A DNA stretch of 64,000 bases from a virus (taxonomy: Duplodnaviria > Caudoviricetes), in the IMG/VR virus record IMGVR_UViG_3300028888_000119, positions 8,732 through 72,731 of that record; one strand, given 5' to 3'. This document shows, one piece after another, positions 25,673 through 34,417 of the stretch (position 1 is the stretch's first letter; the number at the start of each line of letters is the position of its first letter). Under the pieces are notes generated by a model. That model had not been told where the DNA came from and ran no database searches. It saw only the letters and a program-made list of their open reading frames with translations. The translations under genes were made by a program, and so were the position numbers.

Positions 25673-25969
25673 ATGGAAGCAATAGAAATTATAAAAGCGA
25701 TGGCGTACGATAGTGCGCTCGCAGAGAACAGCAATGTGTGGTATTTCGATTCGTCTGACGCTCAGAAGAGGGTATCTTATGTGTTCGGCGATTTTGAAAT
25801 CACCGACGGGCAGTTTGATTCCGGCTACTACTTGGCGGTATGGTCGGTAGATGCCGATAGCATTTGTCCGTTCCAAGAAGACAATAAACCGGATGTTACT
25901 CTAACAAGGGTCCACAAAGAGGACTATGACGAAGATGACAACCAAATTTATTTATGGAGGATAGATTAA
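25673..25969 (+). CDS. acidic hypothetical protein
   Basis: 98 aa, Asp-rich. Confidence 0.65.
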   Translation: MEAIEIIKAMAYDSALAENSNVWYFDSSDAQKRVSYVFGDFEITDGQFDSGYYLAVWSVDADSICPFQEDNKPDVTLTRVHKEDYDEDDNQIYLWRID

Positions 25970-25970
25970 T

Positions 25971-26198
25971 ATGAATGCGAAACGAAAAAAGGAAATCGAG
26001 AAGGTTATAAGCCGTCTCGAAGAAATCAAGGAGGAACTCGAATACATCCTTGAAGAAGAGCAGGAGGCGTATGATAATACGCCGGAAAGCTTATGGGAAA
26101 CAGATCGTTACACCGAGTCGGAGGAGGCTATCAGCGCAATGGAGGAAAGCGCAGATAACATCGGAGACGCGATTGATAATCTCAGCGACATATGTTAG
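25971..26198 (+). CDS. acidic coiled-coil phage protein
   Basis: MNAKRKKEI...EEQEAYDNTPESLWETDRY pattern. Confidence 0.75.
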   Translation: MNAKRKKEIEKVISRLEEIKEELEYILEEEQEAYDNTPESLWETDRYTESEEAISAMEESADNIGDAIDNLSDIC

Positions 26199-26327
26199 CA
26201 TGTCTTACATACGAAGGCTACACGCTGTACGGGAGGGATCTTGGAGGGTACCGCTCGTATATTGATGGCGAGTCCGTCAACTTCGATACGGTATCACAGT
26301 GGGTTCAATTTATAAATTATTTGGAAA

Positions 26328-26558
26328 ATGGCAAACGTAAGGAGACCGCTGATCGCGGTAAATGAGGAAACCGGAGAGAGAGTACGGTTCGATAGGGTCG
26401 CGGACTGCACGGATTATTTTGGTGTAAAGCGGGCCTCAGTGCTACATGCCGTAGCGATGGGGTCGTACATCAAGGGGTGGAGAATATATGACACCCCCGA
26501 AAAACTCAGAGAGAAGATCGAAGAAATAAAGAAAATCATTAAAAAGCTAGAAAAATGA
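26328..26558 (+). CDS. NUMOD1-like DNA-binding protein
   Basis: LIAVNEETGERVRFDRVADCTDYFGV...GWRI. Confidence 0.6.
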   Translation: MANVRRPLIAVNEETGERVRFDRVADCTDYFGVKRASVLHAVAMGSYIKGWRIYDTPEKLREKIEEIKKIIKKLEK

Positions 26559-26746
26559 GGGAAATAAAAAGCGCAGCTGAAATCTGCAAGAGTAGCGGGT
26601 ATGAAACCGAGTACGAATATGCATATGCTTGCGGAACATTACGCAGTATGTTAGAGTGCATCATTACTTGGATGTACGATTATGAGGATCCGAAAATGAT
26701 CCGTAACATGATTGAGAGCGTAGTCTCAAATGTAGTAGTTAAATAA
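26555..26746 (+). CDS. hypothetical protein
   Basis: 63 aa; ATGA overlap. Confidence 0.6.
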   Translation: MREIKSAAEICKSSGYETEYEYAYACGTLRSMLECIITWMYDYEDPKMIRNMIESVVSNVVVK

Positions 26747-26765
26747 TTTATAAAAACACACACAC

Positions 26766-27068
26766 ATGAAAACAAAAGAAAACCTCGTAAAACTCGGTCT
26801 CACGGAGATGCAGGCCGATGACGTGATGCTCCTGGAGAGCAAGATGCTTGAGACCGCAGTGCGGTTCCAGTTCAAGAAGAAGGACGGGTCGCTGAGAGAA
26901 GCGGTCGGAACGCTCCGCAGGGAGAAGATGGTGCAGGAGGACGGAAGCGTATGGGAGCCGGTTGGTGTAGAGAAGCCGGAGGTGCCCACATTGGTTAAGT
27001 ACTGGGATCTTACGGTCCAGGGCTGGCGGTGCTTCAATGTGTTCAACCTTGTGGCGGTGGAGGGGTAG
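26766..27068 (+). CDS. DUF2693 / WYL-like SH3 beta-barrel protein
   Basis: VRFQFKKKDGSLREAVGTL...VKYWDLTVQGWRCF. Confidence 0.85.
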   Translation: MKTKENLVKLGLTEMQADDVMLLESKMLETAVRFQFKKKDGSLREAVGTLRREKMVQEDGSVWEPVGVEKPEVPTLVKYWDLTVQGWRCFNVFNLVAVEG

Positions 27069-27090
27069 GAAATCGAAAACAAATAAAGAT

Positions 27091-27294
27091 ATGACACAGA
27101 AAGAATTAGACAAGTGGTTCAACAGTCTGGACTCCTTTGAGATCGCTGAAATCTTCCCCAGCCTTTATGAAGAGGTGATGGCATCCGCTGATCCCACAGT
27201 CAACATCAACACCTTTGTCAAGGAGGCAAAGTCTGACTGGAAGGGAATGACCAAGGAACAGAAGGAAGAATATTACCATCTGGTGGAGGGCTAA
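27091..27294 (+). CDS. hypothetical protein
   Basis: Start trimmed to MTQKELDKWF (27091). Confidence 0.6.
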   Translation: MTQKELDKWFNSLDSFEIAEIFPSLYEEVMASADPTVNINTFVKEAKSDWKGMTKEQKEEYYHLVEG

Positions 27295-27297
27295 GTT

Positions 27298-27684
27298 ATG
27301 GCACTCAATGTAAGTTATGTAAACCGCATCGGTTACTACACGAAGACCGAGAAATGGCCGGATGAGCCGGACAGGAAATTTAAGAACTGGATGTGTCACG
27401 CCAATGTAGACTTGTGGGCTGACATGTACTTCTACAAGGTATCTGAGGACCACGAGGAGTTCGGGAAGAAGCTCAAGAAAGGCGAAAAGCGTGTGCAGCT
27501 CATCGGGTTCTGGTGCGACCTTGGTCATCTCAAGCGCGCCATGAAGGATGACTGCTACCGTGGATCTGATGACTTCCACTTCTTCGCAGACCAAATGGAC
27601 GCGGACATCTGGAAGGCTGTCAAGGTCCTGGTGGAGGCTGGCAAGAAGGTAACGATAGTTAAATCACAAAAGAAAGCGAAATGA
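27298..27684 (+). CDS. hypothetical protein
   Basis: 128 aa, tightly packed. Confidence 0.65.
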   Translation: MALNVSYVNRIGYYTKTEKWPDEPDRKFKNWMCHANVDLWADMYFYKVSEDHEEFGKKLKKGEKRVQLIGFWCDLGHLKRAMKDDCYRGSDDFHFFADQMDADIWKAVKVLVEAGKKVTIVKSQKKAK

Positions 27685-27908
27685 AAATCTACGTAGGAAG
27701 ATGGGACTTGCTCCCAGAAGATATTGAAGGATACAATAGACTTTCCGAAATGGACCATTGGGATGCTTCCGAGGAGGTTGCCCGCGAGAAACGACACTCG
27801 GACGACACGTTCATCGGTGAGTATTCTGGTGAAGAATTCGAAGATACTTTCAACCAGAGTTTCACTCATTTTATCGATTCGAAAGATTACTGGATTAAAA
27901 TTTTCTAG
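27681..27908 (+). CDS. hypothetical protein
   Basis: 75 aa; ATGA overlap. Confidence 0.65.
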   Translation: MKIYVGRWDLLPEDIEGYNRLSEMDHWDASEEVAREKRHSDDTFIGEYSGEEFEDTFNQSFTHFIDSKDYWIKIF

Positions 27909-27910
27909 AC

Positions 27911-28294
27911 ATGGGACAGACTTATGATGTCAACCTCCGCGTGAGGTTCAAGGATGAGAAGGGCGCAAAGAATGCCCTTCTCGCAAAGATTGGTCGCGCC
28001 CAAGAAGAGCGCGTACTATACGACATGCAGGGCCTCCGCATGAAAGGCTTCGACTTTGATAATATTTTGGACTTGATGTCCGTTTTCTTCTGCGGATGGG
28101 GACAAAGGCTGAAGGTGGCAGACAAGAGCTGGCTATACTCCTGCTTCGATGCGAGTTACGGATGGGAGAACGTCATGATGGACGCGTTCGATAAGATTGC
28201 GCCATTCTTGGAAGATGACTCCGAGATTAAGATTTATCCCGATTCCGGTCGGGATTATGGTTATGTTGAAAACGGACAAGTAATTTGGCAGTAA
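27911..28294 (+). CDS. hypothetical protein
   Basis: FDASYGWENVMMDAF motif; tightly packed. Confidence 0.65.
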   Translation: MGQTYDVNLRVRFKDEKGAKNALLAKIGRAQEERVLYDMQGLRMKGFDFDNILDLMSVFFCGWGQRLKVADKSWLYSCFDASYGWENVMMDAFDKIAPFLEDDSEIKIYPDSGRDYGYVENGQVIWQ

Positions 28295-28295
28295 T

Positions 28296-28499
28296 ATGGC
28301 ACAAAGAGTATTATTTAGGACAAAGGCTGATGCTTACGCTGCAGCGAAGAGATCCGGCGAGCCTTTCTACACATCGAAATGTGTCTGCGATAGGCTTTCC
28401 CAAATCGCAGACGCAAAACTGGCAAGCGAGGGATGTACCGGTGAGACCGGCTGCTTTCGTGGGCCGAATGGTGCAATCTATGCATGGTGGGAGGAATAA
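28296..28499 (+). CDS. hypothetical protein
   Basis: 67 aa, tightly packed. Confidence 0.55.
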   Translation: MAQRVLFRTKADAYAAAKRSGEPFYTSKCVCDRLSQIADAKLASEGCTGETGCFRGPNGAIYAWWEE

Positions 28500-28501
28500 T
28501 T

Positions 28502-28930
28502 ATGAGAATCGACGAAGACAAACTTGAGGTCTTGCTGGAGCACATTTTCAGCCTGCACGAAGCAGAAGCCATCCTTGAGATGCTTGACGAGGACTGCGAA
28601 GAGTTTTCCGGAGAAGACATTTGCCAGTACATCGAATGGTGTCACAAGCGCTACGAGTCCGGAGAGGATACGGAGTTCGACTCTTGGCTTGAAGACCGGA
28701 AGCATCGTGTTCACATTGAAATTTTCGCCACCGAATGCGGATGCCTAATCCACGAGAAACTCGAATTCCCCAAGCGCGGTGAGGATATGGACCACGGCAC
28801 TGAGTATGAGTGGTACTACTCCCTTCGCGAAGTTACCGATGAAATCCTAGCTCTTCCGATCGGTGGGTCTATGAACTTTAAAATCCGTGACGACGTAAAT
28901 AGCCACGGAGTAATTGTTAGAACCGCATAA
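28502..28930 (+). CDS. acidic hypothetical protein
   Basis: Start trimmed to MRIDEDKL (28502); GGAGG upstream. Confidence 0.65.
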   Translation: MRIDEDKLEVLLEHIFSLHEAEAILEMLDEDCEEFSGEDICQYIEWCHKRYESGEDTEFDSWLEDRKHRVHIEIFATECGCLIHEKLEFPKRGEDMDHGTEYEWYYSLREVTDEILALPIGGSMNFKIRDDVNSHGVIVRTA

Positions 28931-28945
28931 GCAAAATTAATTTAT

Positions 28946-29176
28946 ATGACACACATTCACCAGGTGGCCGTGAAGCAGGTCACACAGCAACTAATCAACA
29001 TGCTTCAAAATAACATTATCGAGGACAATGGAACAGAGTCTTTTGAGTCTTGGTGCGAAAGTGGTGCGGTATTTGCAGAGCACCCGTCCTATGAAGCTGA
29101 GTGCATCGATCTAATGGAGAAGGTCGCACCGCTCATCGATGAATTAACTTTTACATATCTTAACTTCGGATACTAA
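28946..29176 (+). CDS. hypothetical protein
   Basis: 76 aa, co-oriented. Confidence 0.6.
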   Translation: MTHIHQVAVKQVTQQLINMLQNNIIEDNGTESFESWCESGAVFAEHPSYEAECIDLMEKVAPLIDELTFTYLNFGY

Positions 29177-29314
29177 TGTTTATTCTAATATATTTGCTCT
29201 GCGGATTGGCATTCATTCCGGAGTTGTTTAACGAAAAACGGTAGCGCACAGAGTATGTTTTTCATGATAATGCTGCTGGCTTATTTAGATGATTTGCTAG
29301 CAAGGAGGTAGCCT

Positions 29315-30085
29315 ATGGCAAAGAAGAAACAAGAGATAAAGGTCATTCAAGAGGCCCGTCCATACGTCTTGTGGCGACGCGTATCGACAACCAGCCAAGG
29401 TTCAGATGGTTTGGGTATCGCAGCACAACTTACTATAGCCACAATGTTTATGGGAAAAGACCCTGTTGAGGTTTTTACGGATGTGTATTCTGGAACGAAA
29501 CTAAAGCAGTGTGTTGGATTATGGCAGGCCATTGATTATTGTAAGCAGAACGGAGCCGTTCTCGTAGTGGCAAAGGTGGATAGATTCCGTAATGTGAATG
29601 AGGCCCTTGACGTATTGGATTGCATCGGTGAAAGAAACATCATTTTTTGCGATTGCCCAAGTTCAGACCGCTTCGTCCTCACGGTATTGTTTGCTATGAA
29701 TGAGCGCACTGCTATCATAGGTAGAATTAATACTAAGATCGCACTTGCAGAGCGCAAGAGACAAATCAAGGAAGACGGTTGCTTCATCTCTAAATCCGGA
29801 CGGATGTGCGACCATCTCGGTAGGCAGAAGGGCGACAAGAATCCCAATGGTGTTGCTGCCATGAATGAAGCCGTTACAGCTAGCGCACAAGATTGGCGTA
29901 GGACATCCGGTTTGTATACCTGGGTAACGATTCAAGTCTTGCGTGGAAGACCAAGAAAAGACATATTGGCTGAGGCGGAGCAAATGTACGAGGACAATCC
30001 GAGCGTATACTGCACCCGTGAAGGGAAACCGCTGGTCCCTGGCACCTTGTCAAGATGGTCAAGGGAAATATTGAAGAAGGGTTAA
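29315..30085 (+). CDS. small serine recombinase (resolvase/invertase family)
   Basis: YVLWRRVST catalytic Ser motif, FTDVYSG, LVVAKVDR, helix-E RTAIIGRINTKIALAERK; 256 aa, so no large-integrase C-terminal domains. Confidence 0.9.
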   Translation: MAKKKQEIKVIQEARPYVLWRRVSTTSQGSDGLGIAAQLTIATMFMGKDPVEVFTDVYSGTKLKQCVGLWQAIDYCKQNGAVLVVAKVDRFRNVNEALDVLDCIGERNIIFCDCPSSDRFVLTVLFAMNERTAIIGRINTKIALAERKRQIKEDGCFISKSGRMCDHLGRQKGDKNPNGVAAMNEAVTASAQDWRRTSGLYTWVTIQVLRGRPRKDILAEAEQMYEDNPSVYCTREGKPLVPGTLSRWSREILKKG

Positions 30086-30102
30086 TTTGGTATAAAATTT
30101 GC

Positions 30103-30300
30103 ATGAAAATGAACAAGAAAACGATTCTTAGTATAGTATGCATCGTCTTAATATTATTCGGTCTATACGTAATATGCACCGACGCTATCTATCGGTGGTT
30201 CTCTGCCGGTCAGTATGCGTTTAATATTTGTTATTTTGCCATGTTACCGATCCTTATTGCAGGATCTGGCTGGGTGGAATTTACTGAAAAATTGAGATAG
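30103..30300 (+). CDS. small membrane protein
   Basis: Two hydrophobic segments; start trimmed to 30103. Confidence 0.55.
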   Translation: MKMNKKTILSIVCIVLILFGLYVICTDAIYRWFSAGQYAFNICYFAMLPILIAGSGWVEFTEKLR

Positions 30301-30301
30301 T

Positions 30302-30604
30302 ATGAATTATTATCGTGTTAGGGCAAATTTGTCCGGATATTATTCTTGTGAGGCTCCCAATCTCTATTACGGTATGGGGTCTGGAATAGATGATTATGAG
30401 GTTCCTACAAATTGTGACGCTGACTGTCGCGTTTCTGCAAAATCTGAGGTAGCCGCGAAGAGACTTGTAGAAAGATACCATTTTAAATCCATTGATTTTT
30501 GTCTTGAGTGCATTCAGATAATCGGAGTCGAGAAGATTGGAGAGGATGCTGATGATGATATTAATGAAGAGGTTTACGATATTAGTTACGATGGCAGGGC
30601 GTAA
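30302..30604 (+). CDS. hypothetical protein
   Basis: 100 aa, acidic C-terminus. Confidence 0.6.
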   Translation: MNYYRVRANLSGYYSCEAPNLYYGMGSGIDDYEVPTNCDADCRVSAKSEVAAKRLVERYHFKSIDFCLECIQIIGVEKIGEDADDDINEEVYDISYDGRA

Positions 30605-30627
30605 GTCATAGCGGGTAGGTTAGTCAT

Positions 30628-30652
30628 GGGCGGTTCCTGTCGCCGCCCTTTT
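30628..30652 (+). terminator. intrinsic terminator
   Basis: GGGCGG / CCGCCC stem followed by TTTT. Confidence 0.6.
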
Positions 30653-30737
30653 GAATTACACCCCCGGGAAACAAAAGACAAAATAGAAATTTGACTTCCA
30701 AAAATCCACCTCCGGGGGTTTATTTAAACAATTCACT

Positions 30738-31022
30738 ATGACATTTGAAGAAAAGGTAGAACAAACAATTTGTTTTGCTTTGAAAGACTCAAAGCAGCTG
30801 TATTGCGGCAAGATCGGATTTGTTGCCAAAGATCTAATGAACGGGTATGTCGTCAAGGTGTGGTATCGCACCATCGGAGACGAGAACACCCTCGTAAAGA
30901 AAGAAGTAATTTCAGATGAGCAATACGACTGGGAGAAAGCCGGTTGTTCCAATGCGGAAGAATATCGGGTGTATCTCAACCGGCAGATGTGGGCTGAATT
31001 CTCCGCCGGTTACTGTCTTTAA
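30738..31022 (+). CDS. hypothetical protein
   Basis: 94 aa, co-oriented. Confidence 0.6.
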   Translation: MTFEEKVEQTICFALKDSKQLYCGKIGFVAKDLMNGYVVKVWYRTIGDENTLVKKEVISDEQYDWEKAGCSNAEEYRVYLNRQMWAEFSAGYCL

Positions 31023-31036
31023 AATTTGATTTAGAT

Positions 31037-31348
31037 ATGATATCTTTAATTTTAACAATGGGCTGTATTCTTTTTCTCCTTATAGGAATTGCAATTGCTT
31101 CTTGGGGAGGAATTGATATACAGTGTGAGGGTCCAGACATCAAGAACATAATAATGTTTTTGGTCGGAATAGGAATGATTGCTTTTGGCCTTTTCTCTGT
31201 AGTTAAAGCAAGTGAGTATTATCATGAAAAGGAAAGGCCCGAAACAGAGATTATAGTTTCTGTTCCTGCACAAATTGATACTATTATTACTATAAAAAAT
31301 AGTATACCAGATACTTCTTACGTATACAAATTTAACAGTAAAGAATAA
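31037..31348 (+). CDS. membrane protein (two N-terminal hydrophobic segments)
   Basis: Hydrophobic helices then VPAQIDTIITIKN. Confidence 0.6.
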   Translation: MISLILTMGCILFLLIGIAIASWGGIDIQCEGPDIKNIIMFLVGIGMIAFGLFSVVKASEYYHEKERPETEIIVSVPAQIDTIITIKNSIPDTSYVYKFNSKE

Positions 31349-31350
31349 AT

Positions 31351-32052
31351 ATGAACACAGAAGAAAAGGCCCGAGCCTACGATGAGGCTTTAGAGAGAGC
31401 AAAACAAGTGTTAAGTAATAACTGCACAGAAGTAGAAAAACTCTGCCTTGAATGTGTATTTCCGCAACTTTCTGAGAGCGAGGACGAGAGAATAAGGAAG
31501 TGGCTCATAGAAATGGTTGAAGTATTTAGAAAAGCAAATCCAACCAACGCAGAACATAATGGGGATTGTAGTGAAGCTATTGCCTACCTTGAAAGACAAA
31601 AAGAACCGGCTCCTGTTCCAGACAAATTTAGTGGACTTAAGTCGCTAATGTTACAATATCTCCAATCTGCTGCAAATCGTAAAGACGACGCGGAGATTGA
31701 AGATGATACAGATTTATATGGTCGAAAGATTCTTGACTATGTATGGAAGTATGATGAAAAGCAGAAAGAGCAGAAGCCCGCAGAGTGGAGCGAAGAGGAT
31801 AACAATGCCCTTAAATATATCCACGAACTCATCAGTTTTGGTTATACAGAGAATTTCTTTGATGCGCAAACCGCCGCTGATATGAGGACGTGGTTAAATA
31901 GCCATTTTATTCATTGGAAACCCAGCGAGGAGCAGATGTGGGTGTTCTTAAAGGCGAATCCCGTAAATCTAATGCCTGAAGAATTATCCATATATAAATC
32001 GCTTTGTAATGACCTTCAAAAGCAGAGTGGAGAGATGAAAAGTAAACACTAA
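31351..32052 (+). CDS. mosaic phage protein with KPAEWSEED / WKPSEEQM motifs
   Basis: YDEALERAK, SESEDERIRK, AYLERQKE, KEQKPAEWSEED, WKPSEEQM. Confidence 0.75.
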   Translation: MNTEEKARAYDEALERAKQVLSNNCTEVEKLCLECVFPQLSESEDERIRKWLIEMVEVFRKANPTNAEHNGDCSEAIAYLERQKEPAPVPDKFSGLKSLMLQYLQSAANRKDDAEIEDDTDLYGRKILDYVWKYDEKQKEQKPAEWSEEDNNALKYIHELISFGYTENFFDAQTAADMRTWLNSHFIHWKPSEEQMWVFLKANPVNLMPEELSIYKSLCNDLQKQSGEMKSKH

Positions 32053-32076
32053 TAGGTATGGTAGCACTGTAGTATT

Positions 32077-32289
32077 ATGAAAAGTTTTTGGTATTGGGAA
32101 ATTCACTTTGAGCATCACAAATTCGATATAGTAGTCAAGAAGCCGCACAAGATTCTGCTTGTAAAGGATGAGAATGACATCCTAAAGTATAAGTTTGACT
32201 TGACTAATATGGGCGTCGAGGAATGTGATACCTATGAAAAGTTACAAGAATTATTACCTCCCCCGTATTATGAATATAATAATGTATAG
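32077..32289 (+). CDS. hypothetical protein
   Basis: 70 aa, co-oriented. Confidence 0.55.
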   Translation: MKSFWYWEIHFEHHKFDIVVKKPHKILLVKDENDILKYKFDLTNMGVEECDTYEKLQELLPPPYYEYNNV

Positions 32290-32293
32290 CCTT

Positions 32294-32539
32294 ATGAAAG
32301 CCCCAAATAAAATATATTTACACGGCTATCCAGATAAGCCATTTCTTTGTCAAGATTGGGATGTTGCTCCTACAAAGAGAGTTGTTAGAGGGCAACAAGC
32401 GGAGAATATTGCCTACATTCGCAAGGATATGGTTGTTGATGCAATTAAACTTGCTTATGGAAAAGTAAGTATGAATCCGTTTGACTGTTCCGAGGCATTT
32501 GAAGAACTATTAAACAAGGTTGGATATGAAATACATTGA
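32294..32539 (+). CDS. hypothetical protein (MKxPxKxxLH...YIRKD family)
   Basis: Start trimmed to 32294; shares motifs with 34414-34650. Confidence 0.65.
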   Translation: MKAPNKIYLHGYPDKPFLCQDWDVAPTKRVVRGQQAENIAYIRKDMVVDAIKLAYGKVSMNPFDCSEAFEELLNKVGYEIH

Positions 32540-32690
32540 CGATGACGCAGAATATGCGCAGGAGCAGCAGGAAGGACATACGAGGATAGAGGAACAAAAG
32601 GGTGGATGTTTCTACTGCGTTTACTTTCAAGGGTGCCATACAGCAGTATGGCGCAACGGGCAGACTTGTGACTTGTTTGAAGGAAAATAA
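32526..32690 (+). CDS. 54-aa MKYID-QEQQE cassette protein
   Basis: Translated by hand: MKYIDDDAEYAQEQQEGHTRIEEQKGGCFYC...; shares its first 16 nt with the gene at 32703. Confidence 0.55.
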   Translation: MKYIDDDAEYAQEQQEGHTRIEEQKGGCFYCVYFQGCHTAVWRNGQTCDLFEGK

Positions 32691-32702
32691 TAGATAGGCA
32701 TT

Positions 32703-33266
32703 ATGAAATACATTGACGCAGAAAAACTGAAAATATCGCTTTCTGACTTAGCGGAGCATCATAAATACTATAATGGAAATTTCCACGATGGAGTTGTGTT
32801 TGCAGTTGATGAAATGATAGAAGATATTACTTCTCTCCAGCAGGAGCAGCCGGTTCTACCAGGTATTGAAGAATCAGGCATTCCCGGCAAAGACTTTATC
32901 CCTGTTGAATGGGTAGATGCTTGCGAGCAGTACGGAAAGTGGAAAATTGTGCAGCAGGAGCAGCAGGAGAAATCCAAAAAGGACTGTAATAATTGTCCTC
33001 ATTGTGTTGACAGAAAAGATCAATATGGCTGGCATTTCAAAGGATGTTTTGGTGGCCCATATAAAGGGAAGTTCATCGCTGAAATAGACAAGTGTCCATT
33101 AGAGCAGGAACAGCCGGAGGTGGATTTGGAGAAAGAGATTGATGCAGTTTGGAATCCTCGTTTCAATCTTGGTTGGGACGAAAAGTCACTATTATCAATC
33201 AACCATAGTGCATTTGAAACCATTGCCCGCCACTTCTACAACATTGGACTTAACGCAAGAAAGTAG
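32703..33266 (+). CDS. mosaic phage protein with three QQEQ(P) linkers
   Basis: MKYIDAEKL...LQQEQP...VQQEQQE...LEQEQPEVDLEKEI...ARHFYNIGLNARK. Confidence 0.75.
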   Translation: MKYIDAEKLKISLSDLAEHHKYYNGNFHDGVVFAVDEMIEDITSLQQEQPVLPGIEESGIPGKDFIPVEWVDACEQYGKWKIVQQEQQEKSKKDCNNCPHCVDRKDQYGWHFKGCFGGPYKGKFIAEIDKCPLEQEQPEVDLEKEIDAVWNPRFNLGWDEKSLLSINHSAFETIARHFYNIGLNARK

Positions 33267-33301
33267 GAATACATGTAAATAGAAACACAGGAGGACTGAT
33301 T

Positions 33302-33631
33302 ATGGATATTACGGTTAATTCAAAATGGACATGGGATTGTTGCGGAAAACAAGACCTTGATTTCCCCATTATTGATGCAAATACAAGGTATTGGCCCGAT
33401 TTCTCTGCCGCGTGTGAGATAGAATTTTTGAGTAACTTTTGTGCATCCGCACCAAGTGGCGAAAAATATGTGGAATCTGATTTTAGGCCGATTGTCCTTG
33501 AAAAAAGTGAAATCTTTTTTGGAGAAAGCGAAGAAGATGTAAAACAAAAGGTAAAAGAATGGTATAATGCACATATAGTTGGCGCTATTGAAAAAGCATT
33601 AAAACTCATTCACGATAAACATGAGAATTGA
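33302..33631 (+). CDS. hypothetical protein
   Basis: 109 aa; AGGAGG 7 nt upstream. Confidence 0.65.
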   Translation: MDITVNSKWTWDCCGKQDLDFPIIDANTRYWPDFSAACEIEFLSNFCASAPSGEKYVESDFRPIVLEKSEIFFGESEEDVKQKVKEWYNAHIVGAIEKALKLIHDKHEN

Positions 33632-33672
33632 GCCAGCCATCTCTACGAACTTAGTCTTAAAGCAAGAAAGGT

Positions 33673-33933
33673 ATGATAGTGTTATACATCATAATATCTT
33701 TAGTCAATGTATTTCTGCATATCGTAAGAAGCATATTGGTCATAAAGTCAAGCAAGGCAATAGCATCTCTTGCTAATTGTATTTGCTATACATTCTCTGC
33801 TATCGTAATCAAGTTTATCGCCGAGACTGATTTATGGATTGCAATAACAGTTCAAGCATTAACCAATTTTATTGGCTGCTACTTAGCGATGTGGTTTTGC
33901 GAGTGGTGGCTTAACACAAGAAAGGAGGAATAG
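33673..33933 (+). CDS. three-TM membrane protein (DUF5698/DUF2179-like)
   Basis: SLVNVFLHIVRSILVIK...ASLANCICY...TNFIGCYLAM. Confidence 0.65.
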   Translation: MIVLYIIISLVNVFLHIVRSILVIKSSKAIASLANCICYTFSAIVIKFIAETDLWIAITVQALTNFIGCYLAMWFCEWWLNTRKEE

Positions 33934-33935
33934 GT

Positions 33936-34226
33936 ATGGAACTTACAGAAGGTATCTATGCAATAGCCGAAGGTTATAAAGCATTTACAATTGACAAGGG
34001 GACTAAAGTGCAGATAGTAAAACGCAAAACAAAGCCATACCAAGGCAACCGTTGTCGTGATTGTATCTATTGTGTAAGGGGCAAACATTTATTTAGTCCG
34101 AATCAATGGTGGGAAAGCGAATGTTGCAAGAAGAAGCCAAAGACTGTTGGTGGTCAATCAAAATATTTTTACAGCACAGATACCAATAAGCCAGCTTGCG
34201 AAATGTTTAAGGGAAAGGAGGAATAA
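33936..34226 (+). CDS. Cys-rich hypothetical protein
   Basis: CRDCIYC...CCKK...ACEMF. Confidence 0.65.
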   Translation: MELTEGIYAIAEGYKAFTIDKGTKVQIVKRKTKPYQGNRCRDCIYCVRGKHLFSPNQWWESECCKKKPKTVGGQSKYFYSTDTNKPACEMFKGKEE

Positions 34227-34231
34227 AGTAA

Positions 34232-34417
34232 ATGAAACGCAACAGACAATTTGATGAACTATTAGCAAGAATCCCTGAAGAAACAAAACAAAGAGTGGCC
34301 AAACAAATGTCTTGTAAGTGGTATCGTGGTGGAGATTGTGGCAAAGGATTGCCTGATACTCCTTGCATCCTTAAAGGCTGTGTTGCTTGGGAAGAATATA
34401 AGGAGGAAAGCAAATGA
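34232..34417 (+). CDS. small Cys-rich protein
   Basis: FDELLARIPEE then CKWYRGGDC..GLPDTPC...C. Confidence 0.6.
   Translation: MKRNRQFDELLARIPEETKQRVAKQMSCKWYRGGDCGKGLPDTPCILKGCVAWEEYKEESK

Noticed and set aside
29315-30085. Integrase / prophage boundary or invertible tail-fibre segment
   Set aside because: The recombinase lacks large-integrase domains, there are no host genes or strand flips in the fibre cluster, and I found no paired inversion repeats.
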